A model generated the notes under the pieces. The model did not search any database. It saw nothing but the letters and a program-made list of their open reading frames with translations, and was not told the origin of the DNA. A stretch of 64,000 bases of DNA from a bacterium (GTDB lineage: Bacteria > UBP6 > UBA1177 > JAKLFG01), in NCBI GenBank assembly GCA_022711315.1, contig JAKLFG010000004.1, positions 19,309 to 83,308 on the forward strand. The letters are read 5' to 3'. Below are positions 10,562-19,668 of the stretch, piece by piece; within the stretch, counting starts at the first letter, position 1; the number at the start of each line of letters is the position of its first letter. The translations under genes were made by a program, and so were the position numbers.

Positions 10562-10603
10562 CGGGCAATACATGAGGAACGGAAGGATCGCGGAGCCACG
10601 ACG

Positions 10604-11413
10604 ATGACCTGGCGCGGATTCACGATGATAGAAATGCTCGCGGTGCTGGCCTTCATGGTCATCATCATGGGCGTTTCCATCCCGGCGGTCACCAACATCG
10701 CCCGTTCGGAGGCGGCTTCCGAACTCGGTATGTTCCAATCTTTTGTCAAAAAGACCTTTATGCAGTCGGTACGCCGTAACGAGTATCTCCGTCTTGTGGT
10801 GGACATGCAGAGCGGCGACTATTGGGTGGAAAAGACCGAAACACCTTTTTTCCTCATGACGGGGCAGGAACAGGAATCCTACGACAAACAGAACGCGCGC
10901 CTGCTCGAGGAATATGACGAGAGCGAACGATCGTTCGGTTCCCTGAAGACGGGCAACGCGGCGACGAGCCGGAGCCTGTTCGACCTGCTGGGCGCGCAGG
11001 GTGACGATACCACCTACGACGCCGATGACCTGTACAACTGGGAGAACTTCGTACCCGAACGACGCAACATCAGAGAACTCCTGAAACCGGAGTACCAGCC
11101 GGTCTCGGAGCGGCGCCGGGTGCCGTCGGGTCTTCAGTGGCGGCAGTTCTTCTCTTACCATACACCCGAGATACTCACGCCGGAAGATGCGGAGGAAAAG
11201 GAACGCAAGGCGACCGCCTACATCTATTTCTTTCCACAGGGACGGATATCACCCTTTTTCCTTTCCATCGGCGAGAAGGAGCAAGAGCCGCTCCTGCATA
11301 TCGTGGTGGATATGTATCTCGGTGTGAAGATCGGGAAGGGCGATCTCGACGAGGAGGTCAAGGGTCTCGTGCAGAAAAGCATAGAGGAAGACGCGGACGA
11401 GGAAGGCAAATGA
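10604..11413 (+). CDS. gspH: minor pseudopilin, GspH-like (enlarged, 269 aa)
   Basis: Prepilin-type N-terminus WRG-FTMIEMLAVLAFMVII. Position between gspG and gspI. Confidence 0.7.
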   Translation: MTWRGFTMIEMLAVLAFMVIIMGVSIPAVTNIARSEAASELGMFQSFVKKTFMQSVRRNEYLRLVVDMQSGDYWVEKTETPFFLMTGQEQESYDKQNARLLEEYDESERSFGSLKTGNAATSRSLFDLLGAQGDDTTYDADDLYNWENFVPERRNIRELLKPEYQPVSERRRVPSGLQWRQFFSYHTPEILTPEDAEEKERKATAYIYFFPQGRISPFFLSIGEKEQEPLLHIVVDMYLGVKIGKGDLDEEVKGLVQKSIEEDADEEGK

Positions 11414-12102
11414 CCATGGCTCTATCTATGACCCCTCGCATAGGCGGAGGCTTTTCCCTGCTGGAGGTCACCGTTGCCATCGCGATACTCGCGGGACTGC
11501 TCATATCGATGGCGCGCATCGTTTCGCACAGTTACTACTACACCGAACGGGTCGCCGACATCTACCTCGGCACTGAACTCGCGCGGCTCAAAATGCACGA
11601 GATAGAGGAGGAGATAAAAAAGGACGGCATCCCGACCGCCGACAAGGAGGACGAGGGTGATTTCGACGAGCAGGCATACGAAGGGTTCAAGTGGCGCTAC
11701 AGCATAAAACGGGTCCATATCCCGCTCCCCGATGTTTCGGGATCGGACCTGTCGGGGGTGGAGAGCGGGCAGGCGCAGGCGGCCGATCTGGTGGGCGGCG
11801 CCAAGTCGATGATAGAGGATTTCATCAAGGAGAAGATACGGAAACTGACGCTCGAAGTGTTCTGGGGCGAAGGGAAGAAAGAATCGGAGAAGGTGACCTT
11901 CGTCATGTTCATTCCCGCTGACACGAGCGCCCAGGAGTTCCAGCAGGGTGGCCCAGCCGTGCCGGGCGCGCAGCAGCGTCCGGGCGGCGGTCCGCAGAAA
12001 TGGTTCAACAGCCCGGCGGGCGAGGGCGGGCTCAACCCCGCGACGCGCGGCCCGGCCTTTCGTCCGGGAACAACGCCGTTGCCGGCGGGGGGACCGAGAT
12101 GA
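11410..12102 (+). CDS. gspI: minor pseudopilin GspI with Pro/Gly-rich C-terminal extension
   Basis: ATGA overlap with the gspH stop. Prepilin N-terminus GGG-FSLLEVTVAIAILAGL. The upstream part of ORF 11137.. is a frame artefact. Confidence 0.75.
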   Translation: MTMALSMTPRIGGGFSLLEVTVAIAILAGLLISMARIVSHSYYYTERVADIYLGTELARLKMHEIEEEIKKDGIPTADKEDEGDFDEQAYEGFKWRYSIKRVHIPLPDVSGSDLSGVESGQAQAADLVGGAKSMIEDFIKEKIRKLTLEVFWGEGKKESEKVTFVMFIPADTSAQEFQQGGPAVPGAQQRPGGGPQKWFNSPAGEGGLNPATRGPAFRPGTTPLPAGGPR

Positions 12103-12752
12103 GACGCCGGGGCTTCACGCTCATAGAGGTGCTGGTCGCGACCGCCATCCTCGCACTCATCGTGTCGTCGGTCTATTTCTCTTTTGCCAACCTCATCGAA
12201 GGCCGCACCCGCATCCGTGAACGCGCCGAGTCGCTTCGCCGCGTCTACTTTGCGATAGATCTCATGCGTCGCGACATACAGAACGCCTACCTGACGCGCA
12301 ACCGCGGGACGCCGGAGGAGACGCACATCACCATCTTCGAGGGCAAAGAGGACAGCCCGGTCACCCACCTGACCTTCGCGTCGCTCAACCATGTCAAGAT
12401 GCGGGCGGGGGGGAAGGAAAGCGACCAGACCGAGATAGAGTATTATGGCGAGACGGTGGATGGCGTGCCGACGCTCATGCGTCGAGAGAGCGCGTGGGTG
12501 GACGGTCTCCCCGAGAAGGGAGGCAACGCCTTTCCGATACTGAGCGATTTCCGGTCGATCGCCCTAGAGTTCTGGGACGCCGAGGATCGCACCTGGATAT
12601 CCTCGTGGAACAGCGAGGGGACCGACCGCGCCGATACGCTGCCGCCCAAGGTGAAGATCACGGCGCGGGTCCGCGATGCCGACGGTGACAGACCGGAGTT
12701 CCTCGTCGAATCGGTGGTGTCGATAAAGATGCAGAAACCATTTACTTTCTAA
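12099..12752 (+). CDS. gspJ: minor pseudopilin GspJ
   Basis: ATGA overlap with the gspI stop. Prepilin N-terminus RRG-FTLIEVLVATAILALIV. Confidence 0.75.
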   Translation: MRRRGFTLIEVLVATAILALIVSSVYFSFANLIEGRTRIRERAESLRRVYFAIDLMRRDIQNAYLTRNRGTPEETHITIFEGKEDSPVTHLTFASLNHVKMRAGGKESDQTEIEYYGETVDGVPTLMRRESAWVDGLPEKGGNAFPILSDFRSIALEFWDAEDRTWISSWNSEGTDRADTLPPKVKITARVRDADGDRPEFLVESVVSIKMQKPFTF

Positions 12753-12755
12753 GAC

Positions 12756-13943
12756 ATGCGACAGTGCGGGAGAAACATCGTTGATCTGTTCCGTCGGCCC
12801 CGCGGGGTGGCGCTCCTGCTGGTCGTCGTGATGACCGCCGTGATGCTGCCGATCGTCACCGACATGAACTACGAGGCGCGCACGGAGTTCGACCTTGCGA
12901 TGAACTACAAGAAAAAGGCCGAATCGCAGATACTCGCGCAATCGGGGCTTACCTTCGCCGCCATAGTGTTCGACCTGCAGAAACAGATAGAAGGTCTGCT
13001 GAAGTCCTCCGCACTCAAGGAACTCGGCCTGCAGAGTTTCGAGATCTGGGATATCGTGCCGTTCGACACAAGCATCCTGCGGGCCTTCAGCGGCTCCGAT
13101 ACCTTTGCCGACACCGGTTCGATATTGAGCGCGGAAGAGGATGCGCCGGTGACCGGGACGGAAGAGGGGGCGTCCGCCCCCATGGTCGACGAGGGCGACC
13201 CGCTGTTCGATTTTCCCGGCGACTTCAAACTTGAGTTCGAGAACGAGGATACCAAGATAAACATCAATCTGCTTGACAGCGCCGCCAAGGAGGCGGTCGC
13301 CCGTACGCTCTGGGGGCTTGTTGAACCGCAGGTGTACGATTTCCTGTTCCTCGAGAACACCTCCCGGCGCGAGTTCGTCACCCGCGAAGAGCTCATCGCG
13401 AACATCGCCGACTGGGTGGATGGCGACGATGAGCGCTACCTGATCGGCGGCGACGAGCGTTCGATGTACGAGGAGTTCTCGCCGCGCTATGAGGTGAAGA
13501 ACGCCCGGTTCGATACCATCGACGAACTGCGGATGGTGTACGGCGTGGACGAGGTGGTGTTCCGCCTTCTCTCTCCGTTCGTTACCGTCTATTCAAGCGG
13601 TCGCATCAATATCAACAAGGCGCATCCCATCATTCTGGAATCGATCATCCGGAGTTACGCGAAAGACAAGAACCAGTCGATGTTCTACAACGAGGACATC
13701 ATGCGGGAATTCATGGGCAAGGTATTGGCGCGCCGGGCCCGTGACGGATTCTACAAAGTGGATGATTTCATCGCCGCGGTGCGCGAGGAAGGTGTCGAAC
13801 TGGAGCCGGCGGTCGCGAGCCAGTTGAGCGCCGAAGGGAGTTTCTACCGTATCCGGGTGCGCGGCATCCGCGACGGCATCGAATCGTACATCGAGGTGGT
13901 GAGCGACAAGAACTTCAACATATACTTCTATCGGGAAGGATAA
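12756..13943 (+). CDS. gspK: minor pseudopilin GspK
   Basis: N-terminus RGVALLLVVVMTAVMLPIV, typical of GspK (no conserved Glu5). About 395 aa. Position after gspJ. Confidence 0.75.
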   Translation: MRQCGRNIVDLFRRPRGVALLLVVVMTAVMLPIVTDMNYEARTEFDLAMNYKKKAESQILAQSGLTFAAIVFDLQKQIEGLLKSSALKELGLQSFEIWDIVPFDTSILRAFSGSDTFADTGSILSAEEDAPVTGTEEGASAPMVDEGDPLFDFPGDFKLEFENEDTKININLLDSAAKEAVARTLWGLVEPQVYDFLFLENTSRREFVTREELIANIADWVDGDDERYLIGGDERSMYEEFSPRYEVKNARFDTIDELRMVYGVDEVVFRLLSPFVTVYSSGRININKAHPIILESIIRSYAKDKNQSMFYNEDIMREFMGKVLARRARDGFYKVDDFIAAVREEGVELEPAVASQLSAEGSFYRIRVRGIRDGIESYIEVVSDKNFNIYFYREG

Positions 13944-13955
13944 CGGAGAGACGCT

Positions 13956-15572
13956 ATGAAATGCGCCGTGTGCAGGATACAGCAGGACCGGGTGGTCGCA
14001 CTGGAGTTCGAAAGGGAATACAACCGTCTGGCCGCGCAACGCTTCACGGTATTCTCGTTCGAAGAGGCGTCGGCGGCGCTCGCGCAGTACGACCATATCG
14101 ACATCGTGGTGCCCGCCGCCGCCACGCTGTATCTTGCCGGCGCCTACCCGGCGGTGCCTCGTCCGGCGCTCGAGAGGATCATCGCGCAGGATATCGAGGC
14201 GACCACCCCCTTCAAGGAAAGCGAGGTGGTGTTCGACCTCTCACCTCTCCGTTCCGACGGCGCCGTGCCGGTCTTCGTGGCGCAGAAAAAAGATCTGCGC
14301 GCCATCATCGACCGGAGTGGCGCGCCGCTTCGGGACCGGGTGAGGAGTCTCATCCCCGAGACGGCGCTGGTGATCGGCGAAGGAGAGGGGATGCAGGGGC
14401 TGTTCATCGATGACGATCAGAGCGTTCTGTTCGGCGAGCGCGGGCAGGTCGTTCGCACCACGGGTCTTTCGCGTCTCATAGCGATGATGCGTTCGTCGCT
14501 CGGCGGTGCAAAAACGGAAGATGAGGTGTTGCAGACGCTCGCCGCCGCGATGGACCTGTCCGACGGCCCCGCGCTTTCCGAGGACGAACTCCTCATGCGC
14601 AAGGCGGCGGAACAGTTCTTTCAGGAGCTGGTGGCCGAATTCGGCAGGTTCATGCGGCGCGACCGGCGCACCGTCGTCTGCTTCGCCGACCGACTGCCGG
14701 GCAACGCCGAGAAGTTGATCGTCTCAGCGATCCCCGGCGCGATGGTGATCTCTGCCGAAGATGCCCTGACGCGGATATTCCTTCGCGCCGAACAGGGCGA
14801 AAGCCCCAGTTTCTCGCGCGGCGAGTTCGTCTATCGCGGCGGGTTCAACTTCCTCAAAAAACGAATCCTGCTCGCCGCCGCGCTTTTCGCGCTGGCGTTC
14901 GTGCTCATGATAACGGCGTTCGAACTGCGCCTTTGGTATCTCGGTCGGGCCCTTGACGCGCTGGACGAACAGGCGCGGACCGTGACCAAGGAGATACTGG
15001 GGAAGGAGTACCCCTCGCTCCGGCAGGCGCTCTCGGTCATGCAAAAGACGATAGGAGGCGGGAGCAGGGACGGGAAGGACACGAAAGGCGACAAGCGGCT
15101 GTACCCCTATTCCTCGCTGTTCATCATGGAACAGGTGTTCCCTCTTGCCTCATTCGAGGGAAGCACCATAGAACTGAAGGATCTCTCGATAAAGGACGGC
15201 AAGGTCAAATTGACCGGCGAGGCGGAATCGCTCGACCATATCAACACCTTGCTGGAGCAGTTGGAAAAGATGGAGTATGCGACCGAACTGAACAAGGGAC
15301 AGATCACCAGTCGCGGCGAGAAGAATTCGTTCAACATCGGTTTCACCTTCCAGAAGCGGTCGGCTAAAGAGCATGCAAAGAAAGAGAAGGACAAAGACAA
15401 GGACAAGGGAAAAGAAAAGGAAAAAGAAAAGGTGAGCCCGACAGAACAAGCGGAGGCTGATGCGCCGAAGAACGCGCCACCGCCGGTGGAGCGGGCGGAA
15501 CCCTCCCGTTCGCCGGCCCGCGGGCCGGAGCCGGCCGGGAAGGAAACGGTGCCGTGGGAGGAAGAACTATGA
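13956..15572 (+). CDS. gspL: GspL-like assembly protein with K/E/D-rich C-terminal tail
   Basis: Operon position. Cytoplasmic N-domain, single TM (ILLAAALFALAFVLMITAF) and a periplasmic domain. Confidence 0.65.
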   Translation: MKCAVCRIQQDRVVALEFEREYNRLAAQRFTVFSFEEASAALAQYDHIDIVVPAAATLYLAGAYPAVPRPALERIIAQDIEATTPFKESEVVFDLSPLRSDGAVPVFVAQKKDLRAIIDRSGAPLRDRVRSLIPETALVIGEGEGMQGLFIDDDQSVLFGERGQVVRTTGLSRLIAMMRSSLGGAKTEDEVLQTLAAAMDLSDGPALSEDELLMRKAAEQFFQELVAEFGRFMRRDRRTVVCFADRLPGNAEKLIVSAIPGAMVISAEDALTRIFLRAEQGESPSFSRGEFVYRGGFNFLKKRILLAAALFALAFVLMITAFELRLWYLGRALDALDEQARTVTKEILGKEYPSLRQALSVMQKTIGGGSRDGKDTKGDKRLYPYSSLFIMEQVFPLASFEGSTIELKDLSIKDGKVKLTGEAESLDHINTLLEQLEKMEYATELNKGQITSRGEKNSFNIGFTFQKRSAKEHAKKEKDKDKDKGKEKEKEKVSPTEQAEADAPKNAPPPVERAEPSRSPARGPEPAGKETVPWEEEL

Positions 15573-16108
15573 AAGAACGGCTGATCGCATCTTTCGCCGC
15601 GCTCAGTTCGCGGGAAAAGAACATACTGGTTGTCTTCGGTGCCGTGCTCGTACTTTTCGCGGTGGGCGCGGTGTTCCTTTTCTTCGATGACGCCGTCGAT
15701 ACGCGTCGCGAGGAGATAGCGGAGCGGCGGTCGCTCATGGAGAAGGTGACCGTGCACCGGGAGGCCTTCCGGCGCGCGAGGGACCGCGAGGCGGCGACCC
15801 TGCTGGCGATACAGAACAACGAGACCAATCTCAACAGTTATCTCAATGGCGTCCGCGAGACCTACGGCGTGGAGATATCGACCATCAAAGAACTCAAGGC
15901 GGAGAAAAAAGGCGAGTTTCAGAAGGAGATGATCGAAGTGGGTATCCGTAGCATTGAGATGGATGTGTTGATGAGTTTCCTTTATGCCCTTGAGGACAAG
16001 GCGCGGTTCGTGTTCGTCCCATCGATCTCCATCAAGAAAAGATTCGACGGCAAGAACTACGAAGTGACCATGATCGTCGCGACGCTGAAGGAGGCCGCTG
16101 AAAAATGA
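15569..16108 (+). CDS. gspM: GspM-like assembly protein
   Basis: ATGA overlap with the gspL stop. Single N-terminal TM (ILVVFGAVLVLFAVGAVFLFF). About 180 aa. Operon position. Confidence 0.65.
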   Translation: MKERLIASFAALSSREKNILVVFGAVLVLFAVGAVFLFFDDAVDTRREEIAERRSLMEKVTVHREAFRRARDREAATLLAIQNNETNLNSYLNGVRETYGVEISTIKELKAEKKGEFQKEMIEVGIRSIEMDVLMSFLYALEDKARFVFVPSISIKKRFDGKNYEVTMIVATLKEAAEK

Positions 16109-17298
16109 AGGAACGGATACTATCGATCCCGCGAGACCTGTGGCCCCTGTTGCGAACGGCAGGGGACCGATTGTTCAGCGGTGGTCGGCTCGCCGCGGCC
16201 GTACGAGGCGCGCTGTTCATCGGCGCCGCGTCAATGATCGGCTGGTATCTCGCGCTCACGCTGTTCCTTCCCAAGGATCTGGTGCTTGGCAGGATCGATC
16301 AGGCGGCGGCGGGATTTGACCTGAAGATAGAGGCGGAAAGTGTCGGCTATTCGGTCTTCATTGCCGCCACCCTGAAAGATGGTGCGGTGGTTGGAGCGAC
16401 CGGTGAAACGCTCATGACCTTCGACCGGCTTACCGTGTCTCCCGACCTCTTCTCGTTGTTGACCGATACGCCGTCGGCGACCGTGACGATAGAGGACATC
16501 GACGGCAAGGGCGGTGAATTGACGGTAGCCTTCGGTACCGGCGAAGAGGCCTGTTACCGACTGGAGGCCGAGGAGATGCCGCTCTCGATGACGCGCCTGC
16601 TGTGGCCCGATGTCCGCATGGGCGGCGTCATGAACGGACAGGTCGATCTCTGCAAAGGGAAGAAGATGTCGGGCGAGTTGTCGATCGCGATGCGGGAGGC
16701 TCTGCTCGGCGGGAAGGTCTACGGGCTGGAACTTGAAAAGGACATAGAACTGGGCGCCATCGATATCGACGCGATCATCAAGGATAACAAGTTGGATCTC
16801 CGCAAGATGCAGAGCGACGGCGCGGTGGAGATAGAGGTGACCGGTAAGGTGACGGTGAATCCGTCGAACTACAAGAACTCCCGGCTGGACCTCAACGCCA
16901 CCCTGACCGAGAAGAAGGAAGGGTTCCTGAAAAGTCTGCCGATCGTCGAATTGGCCCTGTCCCGTTTCGGGACCGGGGGCGGGTATGCGGTCAAGATGAC
17001 CGGGCCGCTTTCGAGTCCGAGCGTGCGACAGGGAAGCCGGTCGAAGACCCCTCGGTCCGCAAAACTCTCTTCACCCGATTTCGGCGGTGACAGTGCCGTC
17101 AAAAAAGGGAAAGAAAGAACACGGGACCGGGGAAAAGAGCTGGCGGAAGAGAAAAAAGAAAAGGAGCCGCCGGCAGAGTCGGAGAAAAAGGAAGACGAAC
17201 CTGAGAGAAAAGGGCCGGAAATTGAGAAGAAAGAGCCGGAGCAGGAGAAGAAAGAACCGGAAAAAGAGGAAAGACCAGATATGGAGGAAAAACCATGA
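16105..17298 (+). CDS. gspN: GspN-like protein with long K/E-rich C-terminal tail
   Basis: ATGA overlap with the gspM stop. N-terminal TM. Operon position after gspM. Confidence 0.6.
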   Translation: MKERILSIPRDLWPLLRTAGDRLFSGGRLAAAVRGALFIGAASMIGWYLALTLFLPKDLVLGRIDQAAAGFDLKIEAESVGYSVFIAATLKDGAVVGATGETLMTFDRLTVSPDLFSLLTDTPSATVTIEDIDGKGGELTVAFGTGEEACYRLEAEEMPLSMTRLLWPDVRMGGVMNGQVDLCKGKKMSGELSIAMREALLGGKVYGLELEKDIELGAIDIDAIIKDNKLDLRKMQSDGAVEIEVTGKVTVNPSNYKNSRLDLNATLTEKKEGFLKSLPIVELALSRFGTGGGYAVKMTGPLSSPSVRQGSRSKTPRSAKLSSPDFGGDSAVKKGKERTRDRGKELAEEKKEKEPPAESEKKEDEPERKGPEIEKKEPEQEKKEPEKEERPDMEEKP

Positions 17299-17807
17299 AA
17301 GCGACCCTGTTGTGTCTGCTGGCGAGCGGAAGCCTGCTTATTTCCTGTGCCACCGCGAACATTCAAGGGACCGACATCCCCGACACCCCGCAGAACCGTG
17401 CGGTCATACAGGTGTTCTTTGAATATGTCGAGGCGGTCAAGGCGCAGAACGCCGACAAACTGCTTGCGCTCGTTTCCGAGCACTACCTTGATGCCAACGG
17501 CACCGACGACGCGACCGACGATGTGGATTACGAGGGGGTCAAGAAATTCGTCAATTCAGACGCCTACCGGAACATCCGCGCGGTGAGTACCTTTTTCATC
17601 GTCAAGGACATGAGCGTGTCGCCAGACGAGCAGACGGCGAAGATACTCTACTACTACGAGGTGCGCATCAAGACCGACCGGCTGGCGCCGCCCGAAGAGG
17701 GTTCTTCGATAAACTCCGATACGCAGAAGTGGCTGAAGGAGACCGAGGTCAACCAGATGCTTCTCAAAAAGGAAGGCGACAAGTGGAAGATCGTCTCGGG
17801 GCTGTGA
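17295..17807 (+). CDS. NTF2/SnoaL-like (DUF4440-type) lipoprotein translationally coupled to gspN
   Basis: ATGA overlap with the gspN stop. Lipobox LLIS-C. VFFEYVEAVKAQNADKLLALVSEHY is typical of SnoaL/DUF4440 N-termini. Confidence 0.6.
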   Translation: MKATLLCLLASGSLLISCATANIQGTDIPDTPQNRAVIQVFFEYVEAVKAQNADKLLALVSEHYLDANGTDDATDDVDYEGVKKFVNSDAYRNIRAVSTFFIVKDMSVSPDEQTAKILYYYEVRIKTDRLAPPEEGSSINSDTQKWLKETEVNQMLLKKEGDKWKIVSGL

Positions 17808-17810
17808 CCC

Positions 17811-18668
17811 TTACGGCCTGATCGCGACCGTGATGTCGGGGTGTTCTCCGGTGAAGGTGAGCGCCGCCTGTCCCGCTTCCTGTACGATGCCGACGGTCGG
17901 GATCGCGCCGTCGGCGTTCATGCCGATCTCCCCCGGCGCATTGTTGTAGATGATGAGCGCGGTAGCGCCGGCATTGGCGGCGTTCTGTATCTTCTGGGAG
18001 AATGTGCAGTTACCACGCTGAACGATCACGATGAACCCGGTCGCCGGGGTCTCGTACTCCTTGCATCCGTCGATGTTCTCCTCGATGAGTCCTATCGCGA
18101 GAAGCGGTCCGGGGATCTCCTCGGTTATCGCCGGGGTGCCGGTGCCGCCTTCGGTGGGTACCGGTTGGGTCGCCGGGATAGCCAGAAGGTTCGCCGGTAT
18201 CGGTTGGGGGCCGGTCACATCGACCCGCAGACCGGTCGCGCCGGTGTTCATACAGCAGATCGCGTTGTCGCAGGTGAACTGCTCTGAGGCGGTGTAGCCG
18301 CCCGGGCACTCGCTCCCGCTCACGCAGACGCCGCCGTTCATCGCGCAGACATTCACCGGCTCGTCGTCGGGTACGAGTATCTCATCATCGTCGTTCATGA
18401 TGTCGTCGTTCAGGTCGTCGGCGCCGGCATTGTCCGGCTCGGCGTTGTCCTCGTCGGTCGGTATGGTGCCGTCGGTCGGCACCGCCTCGTGATCGGTCGG
18501 CCCGGTCGTGTCGTTCTGCGTGGTATCGCCGTCATCGCCGGTGTTCTCGTCGTTCTGCGCCGCATCGTCGGCCACGAGTGCGTCGAGCGGCGATCGTTTG
18601 ATGTTGTTCTCGCAGGAAAGGAAAAGAAGCGCGGCCAGCAGGCCGGCGAACAGGAAAAGCGATCTCAT
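17811..18668 (-). CDS. secreted lipoprotein with acidic linker, Cys-rich knot and stand-alone C-terminal PA (protease-associated) domain
   Basis: Lipobox LFLS-C. D/T/N-rich linker. VCAMNGGVCVSGSECPGGYTASEQFTCDNAICC. PA-like GFIVIVQRGNCTFSQKIQNAANAGATALIIYNN. AGGAGG SD upstream. Confidence 0.65.
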   Translation of the reverse strand: MRSLFLFAGLLAALLFLSCENNIKRSPLDALVADDAAQNDENTGDDGDTTQNDTTGPTDHEAVPTDGTIPTDEDNAEPDNAGADDLNDDIMNDDDEILVPDDEPVNVCAMNGGVCVSGSECPGGYTASEQFTCDNAICCMNTGATGLRVDVTGPQPIPANLLAIPATQPVPTEGGTGTPAITEEIPGPLLAIGLIEENIDGCKEYETPATGFIVIVQRGNCTFSQKIQNAANAGATALIIYNNAPGEIGMNADGAIPTVGIVQEAGQAALTFTGEHPDITVAIRP

Positions 18669-18706
18669 CGCGAACCTCCTTCGATGATATGCCGTTCAAT
18701 AGGCGC

Positions 18707-18734
18707 AGTGTAGCATCGCCGTTCCGCTTGTCAA
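18707..18734 (-). promoter_or_regulatory. candidate sigma70-type promoter for the PA-domain gene
   Basis: On the minus strand, TTGACA-N16-TACACT. Confidence 0.4.
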
Positions 18735-18782
18735 GTCGGAGGGTGTCCCTCTCCCTAATTTGCAGGTCCATCGCCGAAAAAA

Positions 18783-18811
18783 TTGATTTGGTAGGTCACG
18801 CGGGGTAGAGT
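18783..18811 (+). promoter_or_regulatory. candidate sigma70-type promoter for the sseA operon
   Basis: TTGATT-N17-TAGAGT, about 30 nt before ATG 18840. Confidence 0.35.
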
Positions 18812-18839
18812 CCCCGAAGCGAAAACCGAAGAGGACCGC

Positions 18840-19667
18840 ATGCCCGCGTTCATGTCGCCGCACGACCTGTATCCCCGCCTGTTCCGCGAGGATACCGCTA
18901 TCGCCGACTGCCGCGGTGATCTGTTCGACCTCGGGCTCGGCCTGCGGCAGTACCTTGAAGCGCACATCCCCGGCGCGGTCTTTATCGATGGCGAGGAGGT
19001 GCTTACCGGCCCCAAGGGAAAGCACGGCGGGCGGCATCCGCTCCCCGACCTCGACCAGTTGGCGCAAGTCCTCGGCACGAATGGCATAGCGCGCGACACG
19101 ACGGTGGTCGCCTACGGCATGTACGCGGCGCGGTTCGTGTTCCTGCTGAACCTGATGGGGCATAAAGAGGCGTTCGTGCTCGACGGCCATCTCGATGGCT
19201 GGGTCGAGGCCGGGCATCCGACCGTGCGCAAACTCGCGAACCGGCGGCCGCTCCGTTTCATGGCGCGCCCCGATGCCGCGCTGCTCGTCGAGGCGCCCGA
19301 ACTGCGGCGCCTGATCGACGCGGGGAAGGCGACGCTCATCGATGTCCGCGCGCCGGAACGGTTCCGTGGCGAGGTTGAACCGATAGACAAGGTCGCGGGC
19401 CATATACCCGGCGCCGTCAATGTGCCGTGGGAACGGAACTTCGACGCGACGGGTCGCCTGCTCACCACCGACGCTTTGCGGGTGCTGTACGCCCCGCATC
19501 TTGCCGATACGGGCCGCGTACCGGTGCTCTACTGCGGTTCGGGCGTCACCTCCTGCAACTCCCTGCTCGCCCTGCGCGAGATCGGGGTGACGGCGCGGCT
19601 CTACGCCGGCAGTTGGAGCGACTGGATCAGTTATCCCGATAACCCGGTATCCCGCGGAGAGGGATGA
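18840..19667 (+). CDS. sseA: 3-mercaptopyruvate/thiosulfate sulfurtransferase (tandem rhodanese)
   Basis: 275 aa with two rhodanese halves. Active-site loop YCGSGVTSC (CGSGVT is typical of MST-type enzymes). Confidence 0.8.
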   Translation: MPAFMSPHDLYPRLFREDTAIADCRGDLFDLGLGLRQYLEAHIPGAVFIDGEEVLTGPKGKHGGRHPLPDLDQLAQVLGTNGIARDTTVVAYGMYAARFVFLLNLMGHKEAFVLDGHLDGWVEAGHPTVRKLANRRPLRFMARPDAALLVEAPELRRLIDAGKATLIDVRAPERFRGEVEPIDKVAGHIPGAVNVPWERNFDATGRLLTTDALRVLYAPHLADTGRVPVLYCGSGVTSCNSLLALREIGVTARLYAGSWSDWISYPDNPVSRGEG

Positions 19668-19668
19668 C

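Noticed and set aside
15354-17295. Repetitive AAG/GAA-rich DNA (also 30100-30170 and 53944-54051) as possible CRISPR or non-coding satellite
   Set aside because: All of these lie in frame inside well-supported ORFs and encode K/E/D or VTDT low-complexity peptides. There is no repeat-spacer periodicity and no cas genes.
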